NCBI GenBank assembly: GCA_008632985.1 | Contig: QPGO01000022.1 | Location: 1-64,000, forward strand | DNA length: 64,000 nucleotides | Source: Psammoneis japonica | Lineage: Eukaryota | Direction: 5' to 3' | Shown: positions 63,701 through 64,000 of the stretch, piece after piece | Position numbering within the stretch: the first letter of the stretch is position 1 | How the letters are laid out: each line of letters begins with the position of its first letter | The notes under the pieces: model-generated | Seen by the model: only the letters and a program-made list of their open reading frames with translations | Told to the model about the DNA's origin: nothing | Database searches by the model: none | Program-made: the position numbers and the translations under genes

Positions 63701-64000
63701 GCTGGTGACTGTTTGAGAGGCAATGTCACTGCAGGCGGTGGGTGTGCTTCACAAAACATGCGGTTGAATGAAGAAGGAGTGACAGAACCTCAAGTCACTG
63801 AGGGGCTCAGGAAAGAGCACGTAGAAACAATGTGTTGCATGTCTGACACACTTTGTGATTGGGCAAAAGCTGCTCCCGGATGGGACGAAGTGCCGTTTGC
63901 TGCAGACAAAAGGCGCAACAATTACTTTGCTTCCAAACTTTGCGACAAATTTGGTCTCAACCGTGTCAACAAGAACGGCAAGCAGGCACAACTGTTTGAG
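60760..64000 (-). mobile_element. Heavily degenerate Ty1/Copia relic (RNase H, RT and less certain upstream regions)
   Basis: 'KLSPRAKHISAP', 'CPVLWVFMLQMQVMLS', 'PCLFFKDEMIRVVCVDN' (YVDD position) and 'DFLGIKI'. Extent beyond about 62.3 kb is tentative. Confidence 0.7.

Noticed and set aside
23570..64000. Many Cys/His-rich ORFs as novel metal-binding or zinc-finger proteins
   Set aside because: Explained by TpA loss (fewer stops; Tyr->Cys/His) and CpG decay (Arg->Cys/His) in TE relics.

Overview
Eukaryotic genomic DNA, most likely a diatom: short GT-AG introns, an ASAFAP-type bipartite plastid presequence, and CoDi-like Copia and Ambal-like LINE relics. The window has two compartments. (1) Bases 1-23.5 kb are gene-dense, with about 12 genes: COG1-like, Gfo/Idh/MocA oxidoreductase, RecN-like, fibrillin-like, NDPK, FUBP-like KH protein, mitochondrial carrier, TBCE, acylphosphatase-like, M3 peptidase, DNAJC17-like and RbfA-like. 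Many carry single-base frameshifts that are probably assembly errors. (2) Bases 23.6-64 kb hold nested, decayed repeats: a two-LTR Copia interrupted by a Tc1/IS630-type transposon, other Copia relics, one long and one partial LINE, and host-gene fragments (PP2A-A, kelch, AAA-ATPase, beta-COP, BRCA2). The main discovery is a domain-restricted hypermutation in compartment 2 that converts TpA to TpG or CpA (A:T to G:C, the reverse direction of fungal RIP), on top of ordinary CpG decay. Support is internal: Tyr becomes His/Cys in conserved motifs, mutated and unmutated paralogues can be compared, LTRs differ reciprocally, and a TA target-site duplication now reads CA and TG. A ~4 kb island (about 54.1-58.1 kb) largely escapes the process. 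All family assignments are from motif recognition by eye; no searches were run.
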